From positions 78,430,001-78,494,000 of the forward strand of contig NC_134468.1 in the NCBI RefSeq assembly GCF_964194025.1: a stretch of 64,000 bases of DNA, read 5' to 3'. Position numbers and translations under genes: made by a program. The notes beneath the pieces were generated by a model. That model was not told the DNA's origin and did not search any database. It worked only from the letters and a program-made list of their open reading frames with translations. Shown here one piece after another: positions 50,771-64,000 of this stretch. How positions within the stretch are numbered: the first letter of the stretch is position 1; the number at the start of each line of letters is the position of its first letter. The stretch comes from Convolutriloba macropyga (lineage: Eukaryota).

Positions 50771-52494
50771 CTAAGGAAGTTGTGACCCGAGTTTTTTTTT
50801 TAAAAATTCTCTTTTGTTTATTGAGGAAATGAGGTTGAACAATATAATTGGTATATTATAATTTACAATTTAAACATGGATTATCCTTTAGATGTTAGAA
50901 CAAAAAGGGCAAAAGCATATTCCCAATTTTCTGGTTATTCTAAATAAAAAGTTAGATGAGTCAAAGTTTCAGGAAACATTTTCAGGATCAGAATTTTTCA
51001 TAGTTAACCGCAATTGTTTAAGTGTGCCAAGTAAATGTTTAATCGGATCAGAATTTCATCGCCGTTATATATGTAGCCTAGAATGGTTTACAAATAAACC
51101 GTGTTTTCACAAGAAACGCTTAGTTGGATCGACATGTTGCCATTAAGAAGGAATACATTTTAGAATTTGTATCAATTCCGAAGTTGGAGAAAGACGGAAA
51201 CTGAGAACAGAATTTCCATGGATCATCTTTGCTCCAAGGTCATGCCACAGGCACAAAACCCTCTCGACAAAGTTTTTGCTATTTTGGCCGAGAAAAAAAC
51301 TTCCAGTAAGAGGTTTTGAGTCAACATTTGCTACGATTACAAGACTTGGATCAGCAAAACATATCAGGGCCTCTGCTCAGATAAAGAAAAATGAGAATTA
51401 CAAAAACAATCAACGGAGTGCCAGTTTTGATTTTACTGCAACCCAAACCGAAAGTGGATCAAAGCAGCCAAATATAACATTTTATTGTTTTCAATTATTT
51501 CATGCTTTTCCGAACTTTACAAAGGAATGCCAATGCTGTAAGTAACATTGAATTCAAAATAAAGGTAAAAACACGATAATTCCCTCCTGGCAACTTTGAA
51601 CTTACTTTCAACTTGCTTTGAACTTGCATGATATTGCTTCGTTTGGTAATTCGAAGTTCAAAGTCTTCTCTCTGCGTAATATCACTCTCTCTTCTAGTTT
51701 GCCCATCTGATCAGAAAAAAAAACAAACACTCTTTGAACTCAACTTTTTAAACAAAGTTTCAGCAATAAAATTAACAAGGACTTGAGGTTGTACAAAATT
51801 TTTCATGTGGTTTTCGCAGACAGAACATTGATTATTGCGTTAAATTTAACTCTGCGATGACACCTTTCTACAAAAAAGTAGAATTACTTTGATATATCAC
51901 ATCAGTTTTTGAAGTGGAGATTGATATTTTGGATGCCTATTAATTTGCGCATATCTGATATTGAAAATGCTATGCAGAAACGAATTTTTTTTCCATTAAA
52001 GTAAATCGCTACAGAAAAATTTCCATCATAACTTAGTTTGTTTTACCCAAAAACTTCAACTACTTCGTGGAGAAAGCATTAGAAAAGACAATAAAAAGTT
52101 ATCATAATACTGATCTACTATATGTAGAAATATTCAAAAAAGTAGGTGTCAGATCATTGAAATTCTTTGAGATTCCTTGAAATTTTAACCTGGTTGTTTT
52201 CTTCATTGTTCTGATTGTTGGTGGTCCCTCATTTTTCCTCAGGCTGGCGAATACTTGGATTGCAGTTATACGAAGTGTTTTGCGTAAAACTGAAGGACAG
52301 AATTGATAGGATGAGAAAAAAAAGAATAAATCACAAATTTTTTGTAAATGAATAAGAAAATGAAACTCCAAAATGCATTTCAAAATTTTATGAGCTTTCA
52401 CAATGCAGTTTTGCATCAACTGACTTCCAAAAAGGTTTCTAATATTTTTCTATCACTCTTCATATTGATTTCACTTTTTTGGTTTTCTCGAAGG

Positions 52495-53105
52495 TCTTAA
52501 TTTCATAACAATATCGACCTTTAAACTCTCAACGCAAAAAAAATATTGTACAATTATTAAAAGAAACTGAGCTGAGTAAACAGAGACTCAAGTTTTGTTT
52601 CTGTAATATTCTGTACTGAACTAACGTTTGGATATAAACGGTTTGATCAATTCTCATTGCTGGCAAGCCAACAAATTTTGTCAACTTTTTTCTTCATTTC
52701 AACAGACACGATTAATTGGTTGAAATTCTAAAACTTTTTTTAAAAAAATTCAATGAAAGATGATTCTTCATAATTTGTAAATAACGATAACAAATAAACA
52801 TTTCTTTATTCAATACGTTGTTTCATTATATGATTATCGGAATGTCAAAAACGCTGCCAGAATGTTGGAGTTGAGATTTCATACCACACGGTTCAGTTTG
52901 CTCATAAGTATGTTGGAATAATCCTTTTGATATGTACATTTTATGATTTCATAGTTTCCTTCTTAAACCTTATTTTACTCTTAAACTGTTTTAAGTTCTA
53001 TGCAAAAAGCATTGGACAATGAATCACTGCTGAGTCTCATTGAGATCGTTTTTTTCGGCAGCATTATTACATCACACATTATTTCAACTTTCTCTTCGTC
53101 ATAAA
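52495..53105 (+). repeat. ~620-bp dispersed direct repeat, copy 1
   Basis: Colinear with 54815-55460 (GAGCTG.GTAAACAGAG, TTTATTCAATACGTTGTTTC, TTTCATACCACAC). Confidence 0.85.
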
Positions 53106-54464
53106 TGTGTCTACACTGTGCAAACGTTTCTTTACATAAATATTATATCCCATGAAATAAATCTCAAATGTTGGATAGCGAAGTGTGTATTCTCCGTATG
53201 CTGATCATATATTTTATTTTAAAAAGAAAACACTGGGCAAGGTTTACGATTTCCCCATTTTTTCTACGCAGCTTAGTGGACAAAAAACCCCACCTATCAT
53301 GAATTGAAATTAACCTATAGTCCCACAAAAATTCCTAGAATTGACAAAGCCGTACTGAAAATTTGACCGAACAAGAGAAATAAAAACTACAAAGATGCTA
53401 TTTGAAGACAAGAAAGCCGGGAACATTCAAAGGAGCAGAAAATAAGTAGCAGATTACTTGCAAAATATTCCTGAACTTAGTTTTTATTTTTGAAGAACTA
53501 ATAATTCTTAATTAAAAGGGATAGTTTTCAATATTGATCAATTCTGCCGCCTGTTTAGGCAACCGAGCATAAAGAAAAGCATGGAAAAAAAGCATAAAAA
53601 CAGATAATATGTCTCAACAAAAACTCAAATTGTGCAAAATAGCGGAGAAAAAACCATGAAGAAAATGCCCACAAAGTCGCGAAACTTGTAATCGAAAAAT
53701 TTAAGTGAATTTGATTACTATTAAAAAAACAAACAAAACAACATGAAGTTTAACTTCAACTGTCCAATTAGTTTAATGGTTCTAAAAATGATGACTATGA
53801 ATTGCTTTTGACATTTTGAGAATTTTTTTGCAGAAAAAGTCATCAGTTTTGATTTTTTTATTTCAAAAGCAATATTTCCAAAAGACTCTCAAAAACTTAA
53901 ATCCTCATGCCACTAATATCCTTATTGTTCCTCAAAAAAGCTCTTCGATCTTTGGATATTTGCTAAGAATCCATACTCGTCACACGAAAAAAAAATCAGA
54001 AAGAATCTTGTGTAGATAAACCCCTCAAAAAATCTCTAAGTATCGGTGAATTTATAAAACTTATTTATTTTATCTACTCGCTTATTTTAGCTATCAATCT
54101 ATTTTGATCGATAGCTAATATTGGACATAAATGTTTGGGCGGATAAAGAAAACGTTGCGAACGAAACCGAAAAAAGCAGGCTGAGAACTTAAAGCATGGC
54201 TTTAAAAGCTAACAACGTAAAAACAATCAGATTAAAAGATAAGTTTAATATTATTCGCTAAAAACAAAGTTTTTGTTTCATCCAATGGAAAGAGCTATAT
54301 TAAAATTGTCCTGTAGTTTGGGATGTCCATTGCTGCGAACAGTCGAAATGATTGTTATTTTGAGAATTTACAAAACATAGCTGCGAAATTCAAATATTTT
54401 GAGCATTCGGATGACATCGTACTGTTCATTAGCTCGACGATGACACATTTGTCTCTCAAATTAT

Positions 54465-54620
54465 GAACCAGACCAAAAATGGACCAGATCGAACAGACTA
54501 AAATCTGGGCATTGGCCAGACCAAACAGACCAAAACATGGGCATTGGACCCACCGAACAAATTGAAATGTGGGTATTGGCCAGATCAAACAATACAAAGT
54601 TTACATGGGCCAGACTGAAA
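54465..54620 (+). repeat. Degenerate ~30-bp tandem repeat (GGGCATTGGCCAGACCAAACAGAC)
   Basis: About 5 copies. Confidence 0.7.
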
Positions 54621-54814
54621 GCTCGATCCAGTATTTTGCAGACCATTTAGTTGGCTGGCACCGGAACCCCATGTTTGCGACCCAAGTTTGTCTGGCCAAT
54701 ACCTGTTGTGAGTTGCAGACCTCGCCCTTTGTTGGTATCAATTGACCAACAAATTGTCCACTAATTTTCTACAACTCTTTATTTTGATTACACTTTTCTG
54801 GTTTTTCTAGAAAA

Positions 54815-55460
54815 TTTCAATTTCATAAAAGTGTCTCCCTTGAAACTGTTAACCAAATTTCAAAAAACAATATGAGCTGTGTAAACAGAGGAGGACTCAA
54901 GTGTTGTTTGTTTATTATTGTACTGAACGATTGGATATTAATGGTTTGGCAGGTTCGTAACGATTGGTTTTTAACGATTGGATATCAATGGTATTTTCAT
55001 TGCTGGAAAGCCGACAAAGTCTTGTGAATTTTTTCTTTTCAATAGATACATATCGATTGGTTTAAAATTTGAAAACTTTTCTATTAGGTTTGAGTTAACA
55101 TTGAGTTCTTCATGATTTGCAAATAAAGATAAAAAGAAACAATTATTTTATTCAATACGTTGTTTCTGATTTGACTATCGGAATACCAAAAACGTGGTCT
55201 CTAAGAGTGTGCTAATTAGGTTTTCATACCACACAATATGCTCATAAGAGTCTTGATTAACAAGACTATTGAGTAATCCTGGTGATATGTAGTTTCTATG
55301 ATTTCTTAGTTTCTTACTCCGACTTAATTTTACTCCTAAACTGCTTTAAGTGTTAAGCAAAAGGGCATTAGAAAATGAATCAGCGCTGAATTTCATTGAA
55401 TTCCTTTATTCTGTCAGCACTACTAGATCATATATTAATTACATTTTCTCTTCATCATAA
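54815..55460 (+). repeat. ~620-bp dispersed direct repeat, copy 2
   Basis: See 52495-53105. Confidence 0.85.
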
Positions 55461-56779
55461 GCCTAGTATAACCTTGCATGATTGAGAGAAATTAAAAAAA
55501 ACCTATTATGAATTCTATGAAAGTTCTTTGGCTGTTGCTTTAGTGTTTTTCCCTAGCTTGCGTTAGTATTCGGCGTTTTGGGACAACTTGTGGCTTAACA
55601 ACGTTTTTATAATGCCTAATAAATACAATGCCACATAAACATTTTTGACTAAAACGCAGACTTTCTTCAGCCTAAAACGTTTCGCTCTGGTTTGTTAAAG
55701 GATTAAACTGAGGATAGATCTCAACTAATTCTCTAAAAGACTTGGCCTTTTTGAGTGATAACTGTCTTATCGCCAGAATGATCTCTGTTACTCTCCAAGT
55801 GGAAAAATTGTTATTCTAAATGGGGGGGGGGGGGGGGGGCAATTTAATACAATCTCAAATTGCCATGTTAGATGGAGTTTGACATCGGACAAGAAGCGAT
55901 CAAGTAATCAAATTGTCTGACATAAACAATAAATTTACAGTACTACTGAATTCTAAAACTAATTACAGGTATTTTCTGTCTTCGTTGGCTCCGGGTTCAA
56001 TCGGAGAAGCTGTCCGCATGCATTTGAGGCGCCCAAATTTGTATGCCTACGAACTCCAAGTTTAGATATTTAATCTGAGAAATCTGGAATAAGGTTCTAC
56101 GAGTCCACTTGGGAGAGATATCGAAGTAATTTTGATTACTTTTGAAAAAAACTTTATTTCAATATTTGAAGGAAGTCGCTATCTCTAATTATGACTCTCA
56201 ATAAACAGATTTATAAAAAGAGTTGACATAATGTTATATGAATACTGTTTGATGTAATGTTTGCCAGTAGTTCGAACAGATGATTATATATTACTAGTGG
56301 GGTTCTGTGGCGGTCCTGTATAAGGTGTGTATTAGATACATACCGAGCAAGCATTCATTCAAAAAGTTTATTATACAGGGAAAAAGAGGCTCATTTGTTG
56401 GTTAATAAACTAACGGGAGAAATATTTTCCGACATTCCTGATAGTTCTCGCTAATTCTTGATAATTATTGCTTAATACTATGATTTCCTGCTATATCTTG
56501 TTGTTGGGTGGTTTTAAATTTTTTATACTTGATATATCTTGCCATGTAATGATTAATTTTGCCATAATCTTGTTTCTTGACAGCCATGCAAAGAACTTTT
56601 AAGTTTTTTGTGTCTTGACGTTCTCATGGTAAGTACCCATGTGAAGATCTTTGCAAGATTTATGAAAATTTAGTATGTTTCTTATCAAGTTGTATCAGGT
56701 TTCGGTTCACTGGTAAAATTTAGTAAACCTGTTCAAAAAAACAGATTGTTCAAAAATGTTGGTCGCTCAAACGGTGCTT

Positions 56780-57015
56780 CCCAGGTTGAGATGCGCAACC
56801 AAAGCCAGCCCGGATCAGACCAACTTGGGTCGTGCATGGGGGCACCAGATCGACCTGAGTCGCGCGCTGGTGGTGCCAGACCAACTTGAGTTGCCCACTG
56901 ATGATGCCAAACCAATTTGGGTAGCTCACTGGGGGTGTTAGACAAGCTTAAGTTGCGCACTAGATGTTCCAGACCAACTAGAATTGCGCACAGGAGTGCC
57001 AGACGAACTTGAGTC
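56780..57015 (+). repeat. Degenerate ~30-bp tandem repeat (CCAGACCAACTTGAGTTGCGCACTGGTGGTG)
   Basis: About 7 diverged copies. Confidence 0.8.
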
Positions 57016-59667
57016 AGAATGTTTGTAGCGTTTTTTTTTTTAAAAAAAAACGATTAATCATGTGGCCTTTACTGAAATACAATATGTACCTTTTTGCAAA
57101 AATCGCCATTTCCTCTATTTGTAGTATTCGGGGTCTGAACAGCAACGCTTCATCGCAAATTTTTTAAGTTTTTACGCAGTTTATTACCCTAAACGAGTTT
57201 ATGTGACAATGGAACCAAATTGAGCTATTCATCGGCAGAGACAAGCAAAATTTTAGAAACTGAAAACTTCTATCAACCAAAGCCAATACGTGTATGCTAG
57301 AAAAAGCTCTGGGAACTTATGGTAATTCAAGGCTTGCATCCGAGGCCGAGCACAATTTGTTGTATGATTGGCAGAAATATTTCAATTTACTTAGATCAAA
57401 ACATTGCCGCTTCAGGTCTTAGATCAAGGTATTTTGTTTCTTTTTCATCTGACACAAGAAAACACTGAGCGAAATTTTAACTCGTTCTGTCTCTCTTTAA
57501 AAAAACCCATATTTAGAATCGCCCAAAAAGTGTGACGGTTGTAACAGCTGTAGATGTTTTGTGACATTGTTAAAACCACTTAGGAAATCTGGTATCAATC
57601 AAGAACCGCGATGCGATTCAAGATATAAGGCATAATTTTTAAGAGGTGACTTTAGCAGAGTCACCTAAGCTGGAAGCACTCAAATAGCAAGTTTCACAAA
57701 GCTGAGTTTAACAAATCTCATTTTGTACTAAAATTGGCATGTGAGTGTTGGGAAGTTCAGGCCTTGAGTAGATTTACAAAACAAACTCGACAGCTTTTTA
57801 AACCTCGAAGGGGCTGTTCACCGGATCGACGCCCTATTTAAAAGAAAACATGAAACTTACTACATATAAGAACATAATTTCTTTTCTTAAGACAAGCTCG
57901 CCGGAGAAAAGACTTCGCAGAAAAACCAAGTCATTCGCTAATTTCACAGCATTTCCAAAAAATCCAATTTTGAGATAGGTATCCATGGCCTTTGAGTCAG
58001 AATTGTACTCTTTATTAAACCCCTTTCAAATACTATACACAACAAGTGCTGAAAAGCAATTTTACTCAAAATTTCGAAAAAAAAAACAAGGTAGCACACA
58101 GTGCATCCTGCTCCTTAAGTCAGTATCACAACTAAGTAAATCTAAAAAAAAACAACTAAGGCAGGACGAATTACTCTTCAGCGTCTGGCGGGAGCTCAAT
58201 TATAGTGAAAAACGTTTCACCCTGGAGCTGGTAGTTTGTGGAGTAGTTCAATACGTCCAATAAGGGCTCAGAATGACGTCAATACATGTTGCCGTCTTTT
58301 GAATGTTCCTTGGCTGCACAATAAGGGGACTCTGTCGCCCCGAAGATTGGTCAAACCAATTAAAGGGCTTGAGGTGGTGATGAAAGAGCTACCTTATTAA
58401 TATGTTGCTCTTGTAAGCTATTGTGAAATAGATTAGCTCAAAAACAATTAATTCTCAATAACGTTCGAATTATTAAATCTAGTTATTGATATAATAGGAG
58501 TAATAATTATGAAATATTTATGAAAAAAATACGAGATGTTTCAACGAACTTACGATGAACCATTGACGTGAAATTGAAAGTTTTATGATATTACCAAGAT
58601 TATCGATGGAAAATTTGGCTTCCTAGAAGTTTCCATGAATAATCAACGGGCATAAGCAATATCGTATGCAGAACAAATGTTATGAGAACTTGCAAAAGTG
58701 TTCACTAGTTTTGATGTAAAGACCGCGTCTCACTCCACAGAATCAAACTCAACCAAAAACATCACAATATCCCAACTGGACTTGCTTCTTCAGCGGCTTA
58801 ATCTCAGTCAGCAATTGCTTCACAGCTCTCAGGGATTGTCAAACAAGATTTAGCACCGATAAACGGCTAAACTTGCGATCTGTCTTTCAGTGTTTGACTT
58901 TTTCAAGTTGTATCTGCATCTTTACAATGCTCTCGTTCATCTTTTGCTGTTTATTTTTAATCAACCCGCTCAATTTCATGCAAAAAAAACTTTTATATGC
59001 TGAAAAACACTAAACGTTGCATTTGAAATCTGTCTCATTCTCCATGAGGTCTGTGTTTACAATGCAAAAAAAACTACCAAACAACCCTCAGTCATATATT
59101 TTATGCCAAAAATTGTTCAACTATCACCTTATCCTTTGCAAACAACCCTTGAGGGTTTTGCTAATCAAAAACAAAAAATTAATGTCCAATCAACAACTGG
59201 TTGCTCATAAAACTTTCAAGCGCTACTTCAAAATATTCCTATGGCTACATCTCGGCTGTCAAATTCAACCCTCACAAAATAATTTTAATCAATCCCTATC
59301 ACAAACCCGTTTAGCGTGCATTTGTATGCCAATGAACGTTGACCCACCCGGGCCGAGGAATTTGGCCAAAATTATGTAAGATCAGCGGCAACTAGCGTTG
59401 ACAAGTCGGAAAATTCACCGCAATTTTCTTACATAATTTTGCGTTGAATGCGTTGAACTTAAAGACAAAAATTCAACGCATTCAGCGCAAAATTATGTAA
59501 GAAATGGCGGTGAATTTTCCAACTTGTCAACGCTAGTTGCCGCTGATCTTACATATTTAGCGTTGAATTTAGCGTAGATCTTACATATTTAGCGTTGAAT
59601 TTAGCGTAGATATTACATATTTTGGCGTTGAATATAGCGTCGATCATACAAAAAATCAACGCGTAGA

Positions 59668-59740
59668 ACTCTGGATATAGGATTCGAACCACTGACCTCC
59701 TGTTTACTTGTCGCCTGTTCTGCCTTTGCGCCACCGTACC
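59668..59740 (-). pseudogene. tRNA-derived sequence (tRNA-Thr(AGT)-like pseudogene or SINE head)
   Basis: GGTACGGTGGCGCAAAGG (A box)...AGTAAACAGGAGGTC.GTGGTTCGAATCC (B box); acceptor and anticodon stems do not pair. Confidence 0.7.
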
Positions 59741-60009
59741 TTGGTTTCCTTAAGAGCCGCAATCCTTATAAAGCGTAGATCTTCCATATTTTGCGTTGAG
59801 TTTAGCGTAGATCTTACATATTTTGCGTTGACTTTAGCGTAGACCTTACATATTTTGCATTGAATTTAGCGTAGAACTTGCATATATTTCGTTGAATTTA
59901 GCCTAGATCTTACATATTTTTCGTTGAGTTTAGCCGAGATCTTACATAATTTCAACGTATTCAACGCATTTATCATGTGAGAAGTGATGGGAAAAATTTA
60001 TTCTAAAAT

Positions 60010-60420
60010 ATCTCTAAAAAGTGATTTTTGTCACCTGTGCAGTATAGGGTCGAAACAGATAAAAAATTAACTTTTTGAGAAAAAACTTGAAACAATTGAA
60101 ATCGTAAAATCGTCTCGATTGGATTTTGCACTATAAAAGAGCACTAAAAAATGATTTTTCTCTGACTTCACGTTTCTCACCTTTGCAGCATAGGGGTCGA
60201 AACAGTGAAATTGATTTTTCGAAAGAAAAACGTGGAAAATTTTTGAAATCGTAAAATGGTCTCAAATGGATTTTGCACTATAAAAGAGCACTAAAAGTGG
60301 TTTTTTGCTGACTTCGCTTTTATCACCTGTGAAGTATCGGGCTCGAAACAGTGAAAAAATTGACTTTTTGAAAAAAAACTTGAAAAACTTTTGAAATCAT
60401 AAATTGGTCTGAAATGGAAT
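60010..60420 (+). repeat. ~146-bp tandem repeat (~3 copies) in the centre of the CCC...GGG element
   Basis: TCACCTGTGCAGTATAGGGTCGAAACAG and GGATTTTGCACTATAAAAGAGCACTAAAA recur. Confidence 0.85.
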
Positions 60421-63400
60421 TCAAAAAATTCAACCTTAAATTTGTAAGATCTAAGCCAAATTTCTACGCAAAATATGTAAGATTGGCGTTGAATGCGTTG
60501 AATTTATGTAAGATCTACGCTTAATTCAACGCTAAATATGTAAGATATACGCTAGAATTCAACGCTAAATATGTAAGATCTACGCCAAATTTCAACGCAA
60601 AATATGTAAGATTGGCGTTGAATGCGTTGAATTTATGTACGATCTACGCTAAATTCAACGCTAAATATGTAAGATCTACGCTAAAATTCAACGCTAAATT
60701 TGTAAGATCTACGCCAAAATTCAACGCAAAATTATGTAAGATTGGCGTTGAATGCGTTGAATTTATGTAAGATCTACGCTAAATTCAACGCTAAATATGT
60801 AAGATCTACGCCAAATTTCAACGCAAAATGTGTAAGATTGGCGTTGAATGCGTTGAATTTATGTAAGATCTACGCTAAATTCAACGCTAAATATGTAAGA
60901 TCTACGCTAAAATTCAACGCTAAATATAAAAGATCTACGGCAAAAATCAACGCAAAATTATGTAAGATTGGCGTTGAATGCGTTGAATTTATGTAAGATC
61001 TACGCTCAAGCGTAGATCTTACATAAATTCAACGCATTCAACGCCAATCTTACATAATTTTGCGTTTTTTAGCGTTGACACCACGTCCCGGGCAATAGAG
61101 AAAAAAATCTTCTAATTTTGGATACGTTTCGTTCCATTTCATAGTCAAAGATGGTGTAAGAACCAGTTTTTCTAAAAGCCCAATATTTGAGCTCCAGGAA
61201 TCACCCATGTTTTATCAAGTGAAAATAGCGAGTCGAAACTGTGAAACATTGTGAAACCTCAAAACCAAAAAAATGTATTCATGAAAGTTGACCAGAGAGG
61301 GAATATTTTGTCAATTGATGTTTTGGGTTAATCGTTTTTAAAAACAATAAATTGACTCAAACATTCGGAAATAGTTTTTGCTGTTTTTGGCACTCAGTCA
61401 TGCGATCACATACGGACTTCAAAAACACCAATAAAAAGCCCCTGAAAAGTTGCACCGGCTTTCCAAACCCCTGGGATTAAAATAGGGTTGTTTTTGATTA
61501 TATAAATTGACTCCCGAAACCCAAAATAGTTTACAAGCAAATTTTATAAGACGGACCAACAAAGAAAATAGGACTTATTTTTTCACAATTTAGGTTCTCT
61601 GTACACTTTGTCGAAACTATCCCATATATGATGAAAACCATGATAAAGTTTGAGAACTTTGCAAGCTCCTTTTACAAAATAAATTACATCAAAAGCCATA
61701 TTGAACAGCCTCGTATGGTTTGTGTGAGCCAAACCGTCATTTTTCACAATAAATTATAACAAGGAGGCTCGGTAATGTGTGTACGCACATAAGGTTTCGA
61801 CCCCGCTCATCCACATTCTTGACTTAATTGGCTACCAAATGATGAAGAGATAAAAACATACATATCGGTCAATAAACAACCAATGCAACACAATAATGCC
61901 ACGCTAGAGGGCCGATGAAAATTGCTGATAATAGGACTACTAGTAACGACAATAACAAAAATGAAACAACAAACATTATTTACTACCAAAACTCGATGTC
62001 TATATTAAAAAAAATCATAAAAAAATCAAACTCGCATCTGAAAAAACATTAAAAAAACAATTTAACCTTTACTTCATTAAAAAAGATATGGGACATGGCC
62101 TCAATGCGACTGGTTCACTGGTCGACGAAAATAGCAAAGAAGTTCCGAAATACGTTTCTACTTTTGAAAACAACTAATTTCACAGTTATTAATGCCATTA
62201 GATTTCAACTGAAATCACTAAAATGTTCATTTATATCTCCATTGGAGGCAATTTAGGCATGTCGTTATCCCACGTTCAATTGCGCAAAAATTTCAAAGCC
62301 AATGTGAACTACAATTTTTGTTATAAATTAAAAAGAAAACAAAAATCCTATAAAATGTACAAATAAAAAAAAATCTCCAAAATCAAATTTTTTATGAAAT
62401 CTCGTTGTAACAAGAGTAACAAAGCGACAAACAAATGTTTGAAGCAAAAACCGTTATAGAGGTTAAATTATTGTTCACTAGAAACGGGTTATGACCTGTG
62501 TTTACAGAGACTGAGCTACAAATTGACCGAAAATTATTTAAAAAAATGACGAAGCTGAAAAACCCAATTATGTTATTGAAAACAATTATTTTCAAAAGTC
62601 ATTACAGAACTCAAGCAAGATTTCAACAAACAGCGACGGATTAAGTTGCATTACTCAGGATGCCAATTGAGCCTGTTATTAATGAGACTAAGTCCCGACC
62701 CCATAAAATAACAGCAATTATATAAAGAAGCCAAAATTTCAAACAATTTTACGAGATCACACTGTTCAAGGCACTATAATTATAAGATGTTACCTGCAAG
62801 AACTGATACTACTCTTTTCAACGCTGTGTATTTTCTCTGCTACGTTTTTCTTCAATTGGACTTGTCAATAGTGTGATAATTCGACAATGGAATAAAATGA
62901 ACTCAAAAAATATGAAATTATGCTCTAAAAAAAGAGAAATCGAAAAGACATAATATCAATACAAAGAGAGAATTAGTTGAACACCGTTACGGACATTAAT
63001 TTATAGCCCACAGGAAATTGACTTCTGCCTGTTTTTCTGAGACTGCCCCCGAAGTTGAGAGAAATAGGATAAAATAGTCGCAAAGTTCAAAATTTATTGG
63101 ATTTCTTCTTAAAACAAATACATTCAAAGTCATAACAGACATTAGATAACAACTGAAGAAAATGTCTATGTTCAATTATACCTCCTAAAAACAAATGGAT
63201 CATTGACTGGGGAAAATAAGTTATTGGGATACGAAAAAGATAACAAATGAATGCAAAACTCAAGAAGTGCATAATTTTTTTTAAGAAAACAAATGGTTAG
63301 AGCCAAAAAAACCATGAGAGTAACTCTGACACCGTAATATAATCTTGTTGGGCCTCTTTTGTTTTAAAAATAGTATCTGTCATTAATTGAGACCTGATTT

Positions 63401-64000
63401 GAAATTCTTGTAAGTAAAAAAAACATTTACATAGCAAAAAGATATTTTGGAAAAAATAGCGCCCTATTAAACTCTTAATTTTTTTTTATCTTAATGATCC
63501 ATGGCGAGATCAAGATGAATGCAAAATTTAATGCGCGTCTAACAGAAAAGTCATTTGTTCAAATGGTTGCCAAACAGATCAATTTTTTAACAAAAATTTT
63601 CAGTTTGTCAAAAATAAGAATGCATTTTATATAATTATCGAGTTTAAATTTGCATAAAAACTGGCAAAACTACAGTTCCAGAAGACACTCAAAGCAGGTG
63701 GGTGTATAACTAGATCTTTTGTCAGCTTAAAAAGAATATGGCCGCAGTTTTAAGGTTTCTACTTCCAGCTTAAAATAAAGCAAATTTGGTCCCAAATTTG
63801 GTCCCGAAACAGTCGAATTATGAAAAACTAGCCTAAATTCTAGCTAAAAAACTCGGATCGAAGAATTCAGCAACCCTCTTCTATCTTTAGAGAAAAAATC
63901 ATTAACCCTAAAGTTAACAATTTGTTCAAATTTTAGCAAAACTGACGAAAATTAGGTCAAAAATAACGAAAATGTGAATAAAAACAGCTGAAAGACGTCT

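Larger units (their letters stand above)
59347..61092. mobile_element. Non-autonomous CCC...GGG DNA transposon (EnSpm/CACTA-CMC-like) with inverted minisatellite arrays
   Basis: Ends CCCGGGCCGAGG / CCACGTCCCGGG; 2-bp CA direct repeat on both flanks; ~32-bp ATGTAAGATCTACGCTAAATTCAACGCTAAAT arrays in opposite orientation (59545-59965 and 60425-61005). Confidence 0.72.

Noticed and set aside
57985-58960. Possible host exons or degraded coding sequence (also 28640-28852 and 25857-26160)
   Set aside because: Slightly coding-like composition, but multiple stops, no recognisable motif and no supportable splice structure
59668-59740. Functional tRNA gene
   Set aside because: Acceptor and anticodon stems cannot pair; only the promoter boxes and loop remnants persist
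60425-61005. CRISPR-like periodic ~32-bp repeats (also 56780-57015 and 11520-11760)
   Set aside because: Units are head-to-tail without unique spacers, there are no cas genes, and the context is eukaryotic; these are minisatellites

Overview
AT-rich, repeat-dense eukaryotic DNA, probably an invertebrate animal, with three N-gaps and no prokaryotic operons, rRNA or CRISPR. (1) 1-~10.3 kb is a giant, diverged tail-to-tail palindrome with a 5-nt loop at 4364-4368; its left arm runs off the window. Each arm carries two decayed genes pointing at the centre: a frameshifted PR-Set7/KMT5A-like SET-domain methyltransferase and a Gly/His/Asp/Glu-repeat protein. (2) 15682-28086 is a decayed Maverick/Polinton with AGTAGT...ACTACT ends and ~1.7-kb inverted arms. 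It holds pseudogenes for an adenain-type protease, major capsid, GxG core protein, minor capsid, c-integrase, packaging ATPase and an exonuclease-like ORF, plus PC4-like and HUH-motif ORFs. No pPolB is visible, and both ends abut the same 25-bp hairpin unit. (3) One near-intact intronless gene (37760-39331, minus) encodes a RING-less B-box/B-box/coiled-coil (TRIM-like) protein. (4) The rest is tandem and dispersed repeats and MITE-like elements, including a CCC...GGG element (59347-61092) with terminal hairpins and an embedded tRNA-Thr-like sequence. All family calls are by-eye motif recognition, and identities and most boundaries are approximate; no database searches were run.
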